This document shows positions 29,023 to 41,238 of a DNA stretch of 64,000 nt, in pieces (position 1 is the stretch's first letter; each line of letters opens with the position of its first letter). The notes beneath the pieces were generated by a model. The model was not told the origin of the DNA. It was given only the letters and a program-made list of their open reading frames with translations, and searched no databases. The translations under genes and the position numbers were made by a program. Source of the stretch: Peribolospora baueri (taxonomy: Eukaryota); the NCBI GenBank assembly GCA_029717555.1, contig JAMDHS010000008.1:124001-188000 (forward strand), given 5' to 3'.

Positions 29023-32000
29023 CTACTCAGCACGCTTCGACATATTCCACGCCGGGGTGCGACCCCCATCAGCAGCGTACGGGTTCGGCGTGCGACCGAA
29101 TTGGCCCCACGCGGGAGTGCGACCCCCGTCGCCAGCGTACGGGTTCGGCGTGCGGCCGTCCGCGCCCCACGCAGGTGTCCGCCCGCCGGCATCATTGGCG
29201 TACGGGTTGGGTGTGCGAGCGGTCCAAGCTGGGGTGCGTCCTCCATCCGCAGCGTACGGATTGGGCGTCCGCGCTGCATTCCAGGCAGGGGTGCGGCCGC
29301 CATCAGCAGCAAACGGGTTGGGTGTGCGGGCGGCTTGACCCCATGCGGGTGTGCGCCCTCCTGCCGCAGGAGGTCCACCCCAGGCCGAGCCGTAAGGGTT
29401 GGCGGCAGCTGGAGCAGGCATATATGGGTTGGCGGCAGCCGGAGGTCCAGCCATGCCTCCGCCGCGGCGGGCACCCACATCCTCCAATCTCCGCGTCTCG
29501 CCGGTGAGCGGGCTGGTGGAAGAGAACAGGCCGTCGCATTTAGCGTCTGCGACGGGCGCGCGACGGGCGAATGAGATAAAAAAAAAGGCTCGACAACTCA
29601 CTCCTTGTATCGCAGGTCCGTCATCGGGATCGTCAGAATCTTGTTAGTCGTGTGTAGCTCCACTCTGGCGTTCTTCCCATCACCCGTGTCCTTGATGATG
29701 CCGCGGTTTTGCTTGTGCGGACCGCGAACGACCACGACGGGCGTGCCTGAGAGCCTGTCTTGCATCGGTCTGTTCCGAGTGCTCATGACCGGCGGAGGGA
29801 CGGCGGCCGCCGACCAAGGATTCTGACCGCCGAGCGCTGGGTTCATCTTTGAAAGGTCGACGGACGTAGCTTTGGGAGCCAGCGATTGTAGTCGGCCGGT
29901 TCGGGTGACAAAAATGCCGCCGTTTTCATGCATCGTACGGTCATGCAGCCAAGCGAAGACGGATTGATGGATGTGCAGGACTTGGCCTTGTCGCATCTGT
30001 TGCGAAAGTGAAACGAGTCAGGCCACTCAAGCTTGAAAGAGTACGGACATTTGTATTCACTCACCTCGCCATCGATCTCCTTCATGTTGTCTCCTTTGGC
30101 GATAGGTCGCCGATCCGAGTCCATCGCCAATGGCGGAGGTCCATCGATCTTGCCTCTGATCTGATGCGGATGAACTACAACGATATTTCCCTCCTGGTCG
30201 AGCACACGGAAGGCGTCGCGCTCGATCTTGAAGATGATACCGGCGGTCTGCTGATCGAGTTGGACGAGGTTGTGCAGCTCGAACGATCCGACGACGTTAG
30301 CGCCCGTCCCGATCTCTGCCGCCTCTTGCACGTCGTTGGAGAAAACGGTAACCTCGGTCATGGTCAGGTCCGACAAGAATGTCGTCTCGTTGTCGTTGAC
30401 TGCGACGACCAGACCCGTCTCATCTTTGTGGGTGCCGTTCATGACCTTGATGTGCTCGCCCGGCTGGAACCGCTTTCGGACGCTCTTCGCCTGCACCTCC
30501 ACTGTTTGGTTCAGCAAGTCTTCGTGCTGAACTTTGACCGCGATGATGTCGCCGGAAACGTTCTCGACAATACCATGCGAACCGCTCTGCTCTCCTTCAA
30601 AGATTTCGATGTGGTCGCCCGGCCGGAAGGCAATTGCCGACACTTTCTTCACGCTCTGATCCTCGGCAGCGAACTTGGTCAGCTCGTCGAGCGTGGGAGC
30701 GACGCCTTCCGCAGTGACAAAGTTGACCTTGAAGTCCTTCTCCAGGAAGCCTTCCTTGAAGGTGTCGCCTTGGAAGACGTAGCTGGTGCTGCGCTTGGCC
30801 ACCGACCTCTCGCCGTAAGCCTTCTTGACGTCTTCCGCGTTGAACAGCCGCTGTGCAGGGCGGAAGGCGAGAGCAGCGCTGCCGGCAGCGCCCTTCTTTC
30901 GCTTCTTCCCCGTAGCATCCGTGTAGGTGCCCTCATCCTTGGGGTTGAGGTCGATTCTTGGAATGAGCTTGAGACCGACCTCTTCACCGTTGAGCGAAAT
31001 GTCGAGGATTTGCGCCAAGTCGCCAGCGTACCGACCGCGCTTGACCCTGACCCAGGTACCAGGCAAAAGCTCCTGCTCGACCTTCTTCACTTTGAGCAAG
31101 TCAGCCATCTCCTCGATCGGCACGAGGAAGATTCTGTTGAGATAGACGCCAACCAAACCGTTGAGGGCGTTGGTAATGTCCTTTTGCTTCCAGGCCTCGA
31201 CATAGATACGGCCAGGGATCGAGTCTCGGTGAAAGGCGGAAATGATGTTGAGCGGGCTGCCGCTGTATTGCAGGTCCATGAATTTGTTCATGATGCTCGC
31301 CACGATTTCGCGCTCCCTTCCGGGCTGTACAGGGAGGATGAAGGAAGTCGATCGTCAGGCCTTGCAGGTCGCAATCAGGCCAAGCGAAGGCGAGGTCAGA
31401 TAGCTCACCCTGCAAGATACGCCATAAATGCTCGCATCCTTGACGCTCGGAAGCAGCAACCTTTGTGGGATAGTCTCGAGATCGGACGTGTAGTGCGAGC
31501 TCCTGGCGTATCGATCCCTGAGTTCTTCGGCGAGCCGGCCGAGATCTTGCTCCTCCAACTCTCGACGCTCGCGGTCAAAGCGTTGATGATCTGCGGCTCG
31601 CCTCGCTCGCGCCTCCTCGGACTCCTCCACTACATCTTCCTCGATGAAACCCTCTGTTGCAGACGCAAGTCGATGCGCATGGGTGAGCGATCCTAAGCAG
31701 GCCAGTCGGAGATGAAGATTGACAATGTAAGCGCTCACCTTCCTTGGCAAGCTCCTCCTCATCCTCCTCAAAATCCTCTTCGTCATCGTCCACTTCGGCT
31801 TCTACATCGAGGAAACGACTGCGCTTTTGCTTCTTGTAACGCTATGAGACGGTCCAAGAGGCGCGTTTCTTCTCAGTTAGGATAAAGAAAATCAAGACAG
31901 AGCAAACAAGACACTCACCCTTTTTCTCCCACGCGAGTCTCGACCCTCGTCTGAAGAGAGTAACGCACGGACGACACCGTCATTGACAAGGCGCCACGAG

Positions 32001-32288
32001 CGAATAGGCGGGCTGAGCGAGCGGGGACGCACCTTCCTCCTCCTCATCCTCCTCGTCCTCCTCCTCGTCCTCCTCGTCCTCGACTGGTTCCTCCTCTCCT
32101 TCGCCATCGTCCCCGCCCTCCGCATCCTCTTCTCCCTCCGGCCGCCTTTCCTGATCGTTCCGCGTATCCGATGCCTCGTCCGCCTCGTCCAGCTGCAAAG
32201 CTGCTGCTCCGTCGAGCTCGGCTCCTGACACCTCATCTGGTCTGTCATGGTCTAGAGAGTCGAGCGGTTTGTGCTGAGGTGAAGACAT
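29023..32288 (-). CDS. SPT5: Transcription elongation factor Spt5 (DSIF)
   Basis: Acidic N-terminus, RLLLPSVKDASIYGVSCRPGRERE (NGN), WVRVKRGRYAGDLAQ and further KOW motifs, C-terminal GGRTPAW repeats; exact 3' end uncertain. Confidence 0.96.
29045..29375 (-). repeat. Spt5 C-terminal repeat (about 6 x GGRTPAW..RTPNPY/F, ~57-60 nt units)
   Basis: Visible tandem repeat in DNA and in ORF 29023-29601. Confidence 0.9.
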
Positions 32289-32568
32289 GATGAACACGCG
32301 AACTGACCAAGGTGAAAGGGAGGCTGTGGGTGGCGAGTTGGAGGCAGTGACGAGGTGATTAGTCGGTCGATGAACGAGCGATTGTCAACGTCGGTCGCCT
32401 TCAACCGCTTACAAGCGGCCATTACAACCCTGTTAGACGTCATCACGTGATATCAATCATGACCGCTGGGTTCCTTTTTTTCCCGGCGCTGCGGATTCGA
32501 AGATGTGTGGTCCTCGCCATCGTCTCCCGTCCGCCGTTCACCTCCAAGCCTTGTGTACCCGCTTCAAA

Positions 32569-34817
32569 ATGAGCCTCCTTCGCTCTCCGGTCTCTCGCTC
32601 TGCCTTTACAAGGGCGTTCTCTACGGCGGCTGTGGGCCGCTCCTCGGCGAGGGGTGAGTAACTCTGGTGGTCTGGGCTCGGAACTGGAGCCCATTGCAAA
32701 GCGACCGTTCTGACAAGAGCCGCTGTCTTCTTCCCCTCATCATCTCTTCTGGCACTAGCGCTCGCTCGTCCCACTCTTTCGCTCGCCTCCCAAGCTCTCA
32801 AGGCCGCTCCTGCATCGCGACGTTCTGTGGGCCCCTTGCCTCGTCTGACGCCGAGTGAGTGTTCACAAGAGGACCGCTCTCTTTTCTATGCTGCTGGGAG
32901 AGCTCGGAAACCGCATAGTGTGGTGCCATTCTTGAAGCTCCATTTTCGAGTGATTGATGCGCTGACGTGCATAATTTGTTCCGTTCCAGATGTCGTGGCT
33001 GTTCGTCAGTACGCTGCCGAGGCTGGCGGCAAGTTCGTTCGTGACAAGGTGAGCTGTTCTCCTTACCAAGCGATGCCTGTATCGGTTGCTCACGCTCTTC
33101 ACATCCCACCTTCATGCATTTCCAGCCCCACATGAACATCGGCACCATCGGCCACGTCGACCACGGCAAGACCACTCTGACCGCTGCCATCACCAAGGTA
33201 TTGGCCGATAAGTCTGGCAAGGGCAAGTTCATGGACTATGCCTCCATCGACAAGGCTCCGGAAGAGAAGGCTCGTGGTATCACTATTGCGACTGCCCACG
33301 TCGAGTACGAGACGGATGGTCGCCACTACGCTCACGTCGACTGCCCTGGCCACGCTGAGTAAGTTACTGGGAAGGGTCTCGTATCTTGCGAACGATGGGG
33401 ACTGACATATAGTCTGCGTTGCGTTTGCTCTTTCAGCTACATCCGTAATATGATCACTGGCGCTGCTCAGATGGAGTGGGTACGGTGTTGGCGGCGAGGG
33501 AATGCAGCGCACCGACAGAGCTGAGCTGACCGTTGTACACGTTTTCAACCGATTCCGACGTTCTGTAGCGGTGCGATCATCGTCGTTTCCGCTACGGACG
33601 GCCAGATGCCGCAGACGCGTGAGCACCTGCTCCTCGCTCGCCAGGTCGGTATCAAGAAGCTGGTGGTGTTCATCAACAAGGTGGACCAGGTGGACGACAA
33701 GGAGATGCTCGAGCTGGTTGACATGGAGATGCGAGATCTGCTTGGCCAGTACGGCTTCGACGGCGAGAACACGCCGATCGTCAGTGGCTCCGCGCTTGCC
33801 GCGCTGGAAGGCCGGGATGCCGAGATTGGCGAGCAGGCGATCGTCAAGCTCATGGAGGCCACGGACAAGTGGCTCGACCTGCCTCCGCGCGACCTCGACA
33901 AACCGTTCCTGATGCCGGTCGAGGACGTCTTCTCGATTTCCGGTCGCGGTACCGTCGTCACGGGCCGTGTGGAGCGCGGGACGATCACCAAGGGCGCTGA
34001 GATTGAGATTCTTGGTCTGGGCAACTCGATCAAGACGACGCTGACGGGCATCGAAATGTTCCACAAGGAGCTCGACCGCGGCGAGGCGGGTGACAACATG
34101 GGCGCTCTCCTCCGCGGTATCAAGCGCGAGCAAGTCAAGCGCGGCCAGGTTCTCATTGCTCCGGGCTCTATCAAAGCGGTGAAGAAGTTCCGTGCTCAGC
34201 TTTACATCTTGACCAAGGAGGAGGGCGGCCGATACACGCCTTTCATGAACAACTGTGAGCCGCGGATAGTCGAGTGGATTGGATTGGCAGGTGATGTTGA
34301 CGCTTTCGACCGTTGCCGACGCTTGCCAACAGACCGCCCGCAGCTCTTCATCCGGACCTCCGACGTCACCGTTTCTCTCCGCCACCCGGAAGGCACTCCT
34401 GACAGCGAGGAGAAGATGGTGCGCGTGTTTTTTTTTCTTTCCTTTTTTTGTTGTCGATCCCTTTTCGGCTTACGAAACCTTTCGTGCTATCTCCTCGCTC
34501 GTTTTGTCAGGTCATGCCCGGCGACAACCTCGAGATGGACGGCGAGCTTGTGCACGACGTCGCCCTGGAGGAAGGATCTCGTTTCACGCTCCGCGAGGGC
34601 GGCAAGACGGGTGCGTAAGGTTTTCCGGTTAAGCATCTGTTGGGACAGTAGCTGACGTCCTCTCGCCCGCCTGCTTTCCCCCCTCCTTTCAGTCGGTACT
34701 GGCATCGTGAGTGATCTCCCCCTATCTACTGTCCTTCGATCGCCACACCGATTTCTCACCGCCGATGACCCCTATTCTCTTTTCGTCTCCGCACAGGTCA
34801 CCAAGGTCTACGAATAG
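32569..34817 (+). CDS. TUF1: Mitochondrial elongation factor Tu
   Basis: Arg/Ser-rich presequence; [58 protein letters not shown]. Confidence 0.98.
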
Positions 34818-36164
34818 ACGGTTCGTCTCTTTTGCAGTCCTTCCCTCTCTTCTTCCTCCCATTGTATGTATGATTTACGCCGGCCGTGGCTTGGATGTAC
34901 GAGCCGTGCAACATTTGGACCACCACTCAGTCTCGAGGATTATGTTTTAGAGGTCGCGAATTGCAGAGAGAGGAGTGGAGTGGAGTGGAGTTGCGAGCCC
35001 ATGTGTGAGAAGGCCTGGCTCGCCTGGATCATCTCGTCTCGTTCGGCCCATGCTTTTCTTCGGATTTATCAGAAGACACGATACGATGGTTGATAGTTCG
35101 CCCCTGGATTGGATTAGCCATGGCGAACGTTCGTCCGACCTGCATGTGTCCCGCGGAGGAGCACCTTGTTTCTCAGATGAATCATGCGCATCCGGCTGCA
35201 CTGCACGGCTTGCAGCGAAGGAGAGGGACGTCGCGATCCGAGCCGATGAGCCGATGCAGCACGCAGCAACGTTGGAGTTGGAGTCCGGCTGGTGGTCCAG
35301 CATACTATGTCGTCCATCCCATCCGTCTGGCAGACTTGACTTGACTTTGACTTGATCCAACCACGTCCGAGCGCCGACAACACACACACACCCCCGCTCT
35401 CCCTCTCCCTCTCTTTTCACGCGCCAGCTCTCAGGTCCGAGTCTGTTTCCGAGCGAGCGCCGCTAAATAAAAGCTTTCTGCCTGTGTGTGCGCTAGAATG
35501 ATCTGCACCCCGCACTGCACTCGCACTCGGCCCGGATGACGGCTGCGGCGGCGCTGATTGTGCGGAGACTCGGCGGTGCGGAGGTGGATGTGGATGGGGA
35601 AGTGGCAGTGAACGGAAAGGGAAAGGGAAGGGAAGGAAGGTCACTCCGTCGGTCCGGGCGGTTGCGTTGCGCATGACGGCCAGCTCGACGTCGTCCATCC
35701 GTCCGTCAGTCCGCTGGGCGATGACCACCGACCATGTCTTGGGGGGTTAGGGCTCTTACTTACTTTTCTGTATTCCTCCCTCGCCCAGCTCGGATGAAAC
35801 GGCACGGCGAGGGGAATGTGGATGCCGAGGCGATGTGATGTCTACATTCTCCTTCTCACTATCGACATCGATGGCGCTTTTCTTCCTCCCCCCCGCACTT
35901 TCTGCAGCCACTAACTACTGTCTCCAAGCTCTCTCGTTCCTTCTTCCGTCTGGCCGCCCAGATGCCCTCGCGAGAGGAAGGATGGAAAGAAGGATAGAAT
36001 ACAAGTCGTCCGCGCTCCCATCCCCGCTCATCCTTCTTTCTCCTTGTCCCTCCCTCTTCTCCCTCCCCACCCTCAGCGCCTCTGCGCTCGCTGTGGCACA
36101 CGCGGGTCGCACCTCGACGTCGCTCAGTCTCATCGTTACTTACGCCCCATAGCCAGCAAGGACA

Positions 36165-37745
36165 ATGGTCAAATTCTCGACTCTCGCAAGCGCACTCCTC
36201 TCCGCCTTGGCCGTCGCCGCCCCTTCCACTTGGGCCGTCCCAGCGACGCGCACCGGCCTCACCCGTCGCGCCCCTGCGCCGCCTTCGCAAGACCCCTTCT
36301 ACCAGCCGCCTGCCGGGTATCAGTCCGCTGCGCCAGGCACCATCTTGAGGTCGCGCCAGGTCGACGTCGCAGCCCTCGGCGTCGTCCCCCTCCCCAACGT
36401 CCAGGCCTGGCAGCTTCTCTACCGCACGAACGGAGCCCAAGACAACTCGCCCACCGTCACAGTGACCACCGTGTTCAAACCCGCCAATGCGTCGACGGAC
36501 AAACTCGTCGGCTTTGCCACGGCGGAGGACAGCGCAGCCTCGCAGTGTGCTCCGTCGTACAACTACCAGCTCGGTGCGCCACAGGACGACGTGATCGTCT
36601 CGGCAGAGCTCTTCACGCTCACCGGTGTGCTTCAGCAGGGTTGGATCGTCTCCTCGCCCGACCACGAGGGCCCCAACAACTCGTTCACCGCAGGCCGGCT
36701 GGAAGGAAAGATGGTCCTTGACGGTCTTCGCGCCGCGCTCAACTTTCCCGAGCTCGGCTTGTCCAGCGGTACCAAGGTCGCTGGAATGGGTTACTCGGGC
36801 GGCGCCATTGCGACGTGAGCTAGTCGATACACACACCTTGCCTTGCATGGGATGAGATGAAATGGAACGACGAGCTCAAACAAACCTCTTTTTCTCTCCT
36901 CTTTCGCAGCGGATGGGCTGCTGCCCTTCAGCCGACCTACGCCCCAGAGCTCAACGTCGTCGGCTTTGCCCATGGCGGCACGCCGGCGAACATCTCAGGC
37001 ACTTTCAACTACATCGACGGTGGTCTATTCGCTGGGTTTGGCTTTAGCGGCGTCGCCGGTCTCACCGGAGCCTACCCCGAACTCGAAAATTTGGTCAACA
37101 GCATCGCTACCGCAGACGGCAAGGCTGCCCTGGCAGACGCGGCGAAACAGTGTGCGATGGAGGACATTACCGAGTTTGCATTCAAGAAGCTCCAGTCCGA
37201 CACATACACCTCCGCCGGCGCTGGGCTACTCTACCTGCCCACCGTACAGGACGTCGTTGGCATGAACGTCCTCGGTCGCTTCAAAAACGAAACCCCCACG
37301 GCCCCGTTGCTCGTCTACCACTCCACGCATGATGAAATGTGTGCATCTCGCGCTGTCTGTGCGTCTTTGAAACCGTTACTGACCTGCGCTCCCTCCCCTC
37401 TCCCTTGACAGCGTCCCTCTCGCAGATGCAGACACGATGGTGGCAAGCTACTGCGCAAACGGCGCCAAGCTGACATACGTGCGCGACATTGGCCTTTCGG
37501 AGCACGCCTCTCTCGAACTCCTCTTCTTCCCCACCGTCCTCAACTGGCTCCACGACCGACTCAACGGCGTCCCTGCCAATCCAGGCTGTCAAACCGAAAA
37601 CACGGTAGTCCCAACATTCTCCGCCCAGACCCTTGGAACGGCGCTCAACGTCGTCCTTCAGAACCTGCTCGGTTTGCTCGGAAACCGTATCGGTGTAGAC
37701 GATGGACTCTTCAAAGGCAACCTCACCAAAGGTACCCTGCCGTGA
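36165..37745 (+). CDS. Secretory lipase (LIP / CalA-like family)
   Basis: Signal peptide; PPSQDPFYQPP, AWQLLYRT, CAPSY, PDHEGP, GYSGGAIATGW nucleophile elbow, YAPELN; 2 introns. Confidence 0.93.
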
Positions 37746-38667
37746 AGGAGGGGGGCCGAACTCTCTCCAATGAGGTTTTTCGTGAACGACGGTACGAGAC
37801 TGGAATTTTGTTTTTCTATCACGGCTCCATGGCTTTCTCGCGGATGTCGGGAAGGGATGAGCGAGCGCGGCAGGCAGCCAGGTCGACGAATGCCCTCCCT
37901 TCGTCATAGCATACCACCGTACCCTATCATTCCCGTTCCGTGGTGCAACAGTGTCCATACTCATCAGGCGGGAATGTATTCCTTCGCTTCGAAGATCCGT
38001 ATGTCGCGACCTCGGCGTGCTCAGGCCCGGCCGCATCTCGTACGTCATCTCCGGCGATAGTGACGAAAAACTCGTCGGAAGGGATTCTCCAACGATAACG
38101 ACGAAGGACTTGTCGGAAGGGACTCTGAGCTAGCGACGATGAAAGCACATAAGAGGATGCCGGTAAACGACGACACCGCCCAATACGACGGAGGAGGAGG
38201 ACGTCGTCGACGATGGACGACGATGGCGATGATAAGCGATCCGGTCTGCTCTTGTTATTGCTTTTCCATCTCTCTTAGTCGTACCACCCCCTCCCCGTAA
38301 CGCATCGAAAAGCAACAGAGACGTGCTTAGTTTCGGCGAGGCAACCCTGGATGATTCCTCAAAAATTTTTCGACGGGCCCCAGCATCGATCGAAATAGGG
38401 CAGGTAGGCAGGTAGGCAGGTGAGAAAGCTAATCGCACAGCAGAGGAGGGGAGGGGAAGCGCAAGTTGAAGACGGAGGGGGGGGGCAACACGAGGCCTAT
38501 ATGGATGTTCGTCAAGAAGAGAGTTCTTCTAAGCGGGAGGGTATCGTTGATGCTCGCCAGAGTCCGGTCCGGTCCGGAAAAGATACAGTGAAAGAAGACA
38601 GGAACAAAAAAAAAGCAGAATAGAACGGATGGCGTGCTCCCTGAGCAGGCGCAGCAAGCAAGAAGGG

Positions 38668-40519
38668 TTAGGATGGGGGTGGTACCGGGAGCGGGACGCC
38701 TCTCCTAGGTGTGCCGATGCTCTGTGGATTCCTGAACACATTATCCGGGTCGAGCTCCACCTTAAGCCTCTCCAACCTATCTAAAGAAGAGCCATAATAC
38801 GTCTTCCTCCACTCCTCCTCTTCGAGCTCTGGATCGACATAGCACGAGTAGCCGGCGCGCGCTGTGCCGTCTTGGTCGAAAGCGCGAGCAAAGGCTTGGT
38901 CGAGGGCACGGACATGCCTGCGAGCGGAGCGGGAGATGGGACGGAGGGCGGAGCAAGAAGATTGGACGAGCCAGAGGCTGTCGCGGTGGGCAAAGGACGA
39001 GCAGGTGGAGCGCTGTTGCTCGCCCGACGACGACGTGGTGCCAAGGCCACGGCCGTTAGCGCAAGCAGTCTCGGAGCGAACGGCGGACTGAGGCCCGCCA
39101 AAAAGTTCAATGTAGACGTTCCACGCCCGTCGGTGGCTTTCAGACCAGACTGTCTCCAGGGCCTGCAGGGCTGCGGAGACAGACAGCGGCCGCTGGCCGA
39201 GCGACAGCTGCGTCTTGGCGTATAATTCAGCTTTCTGTAAACAGAGCGACACGAGGAGAGGAGGGTCATGGGCGCGTTATAGCGACGTGATTTGGAGACC
39301 GCACTAGCGCACGCTCTCCACTCACAATGTTCTTTTCCCATTCGGCGTCCAGCTTGTCGTTCGGGCGTCCAAAGTCATCGAACCTTTGCAAGAGCGTGAT
39401 GTAGTCTACCTCCTCCGTTTTCTGTTCCGACGGCAACTGGGTCGCAAGTTGCTTGTCCGGCTCGACGTCGCGCGCGGCGTGCAGAGCGGCGAGGACGGGC
39501 CGGGCAACGCGATGATCAAAGTCGGCTCGCGAGCGAAGGTACGCGGCGCGGAACTTGAGCACGACGCCGGGCCGCGGAGGCGACGGCGAGTGGGTGGGCG
39601 GAGCGAGCTGGAGGTGAAAACCGAGCTCGGAAGGAAGATCTGGTCGGAGGAGGGCGTCCTGAATGGCAGAAAAGGTGGCGGCTAGGGACTTGGCCGAGGA
39701 GAGGTGGTCCCATGTCCAGTCCACGTACGTCAACTTGTCCGGGGCCGGGTAGGTGCGAAAGAGGAAGGAGGTGACGATGCCGAAGAAGGAGCCACTGCCC
39801 TTGAGTGCCCAAAGTAGTTCTCGGTTGTACGTCTCGCTGGCGCGCACGAGCGAGCCGTTGGCGAGTACTACGTCGGCCTCCACGATCCCGTCCGTTGCGA
39901 GGCCCCAATGGCGCGAAGTGGGGCCGAAACCTCCGCAAAGAGCATGGCCGCCGAGGCCGACGGCGGGGCAAGTCCCGTGAGGCATCGCCCTCCTGCCGCT
40001 CTCCCACAGCGTTTTAGCGATGTCGCCGAGCCTCGCGCCGGGACCGACGCGAAGAAGACCTTCATCGCCGACGACGGCTATTCCAGACAGGTGGGCCAGG
40101 TCGACGACCAAGCTGCCGTCTTGGCCGCCGGATCCGAATCCACCAAACGAGTGGCCGCCGGATCGAGCGGCGACGGCGACGCCGTTTGCGGCGGCACACT
40201 GAACGGCGAGGCCGACCTGATGGACGTCCGAGGGCTGTGCGATGACGGCGGGGACGAAGTGGTAGAGGAGGTTGAAACCCTCGGACGCGGACGCGTAGTC
40301 GTCCTTTGAGGTGCGCGCGGCGGTGAGGATGGGCACCTTTACGCGCTCTAGACACTCTTCGAGATCGTAGTAGGCCTGGTGTGTGCGGCGGAGATCGGTC
40401 GAAGCCCTGAGCTGAGCGGCGCAGAGGGAGGCGGCGAAGGGGAGGAGGGCTGAAAGGAAGAGAGCGCGGTGGCGTCGTCGTCCACCAGGAGCAGCACCGG
40501 GGGCGACATGGCGCGTCAT
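38668..40519 (-). CDS. FAD-linked berberine-bridge-like oxidase (AA7 / glucooligosaccharide-oxidase-like)
   Basis: Hydrophobic N-terminal segment; ARSGGHSF (FAD His), HGTCPAVGLGGH (FAD Cys), LLWALKGSG..FGIVT, BBE tail YSCYVD..YYGSSLDRLERLKVELDPDNVFRNPQSI; one intron. Confidence 0.9.
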
Positions 40520-41238
40520 CGTGTCATCTGCGGGATGAGGTCGGGTGTCGAAAGCACGACCGAGACGACGGGCGGAAGGAAGAGAGGGAGAAAATGAACG
40601 GGCTGCGGGAGGCAAGTGGAGATGGAAGTATGAGACGGAATGGAGTCGAGTCGGCCCAGAGTGCTCGATATCGATATCGAGCTCGAGCTAAACGCCGACG
40701 CCAACGCCGACGGGAAGGTTGTATCTTGGCACGGTGCTATTACGCCGCGGCGGTCGGTTCACGGGAGCGGGTAAATAGCTTGTCGTTGCACTATCATCGA
40801 TCACTACGTTGCGTTGTGCGAGGATCATCGTATCATGAGTCTGGCATCCGGAACCCCTGAGCGAGCAAGGCCTTGGTCGCCCTTTGTTTTCTCCTCTACT
40901 TGCAGTCGAGCCAGCCAACGCAACCAACGCAACCCAACCCGACCCTCCAGGCCGGGCCACTGGCTGGCTAACATCCACCGCCATCGCTTTGCTCTGACCT
41001 CAAGGCCAACTTTTTTTTTTCTTCTTCTTCTTTTGTCTCCACAAAGGTCAAGGTCGACTGACGACAGGTGGGCGCGGGCGCTTATTTAAGGTCCCTTGAC
41101 CCCCATCTAGGACGGGACGGCATGGCGGACGGTGTGTCGGGGTATAGTACATACTGATACAGGAGCGTAGCTGCTCACGAGGCGCGTGTTAGCGAAGAAG
41201 AAGCACAAAGAGAGAGAGGGTAATGAAGCCGAACGTTG

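Noticed and set aside
29045..29375. Regularly spaced repeats resembling a CRISPR array
   Set aside because: They encode the Spt5 C-terminal repeat in a eukaryotic gene; there are no unique spacers or cas genes
30008..31696. 562-aa plus-strand ORF and other long antisense ORFs (33099-34385, 4777-5769, 54335-55213, 35859-36848)
   Set aside because: Antisense shadows of GC3-rich genes (SPT5, TUF1, CPC1, SRP1, lipase) with no recognisable domains
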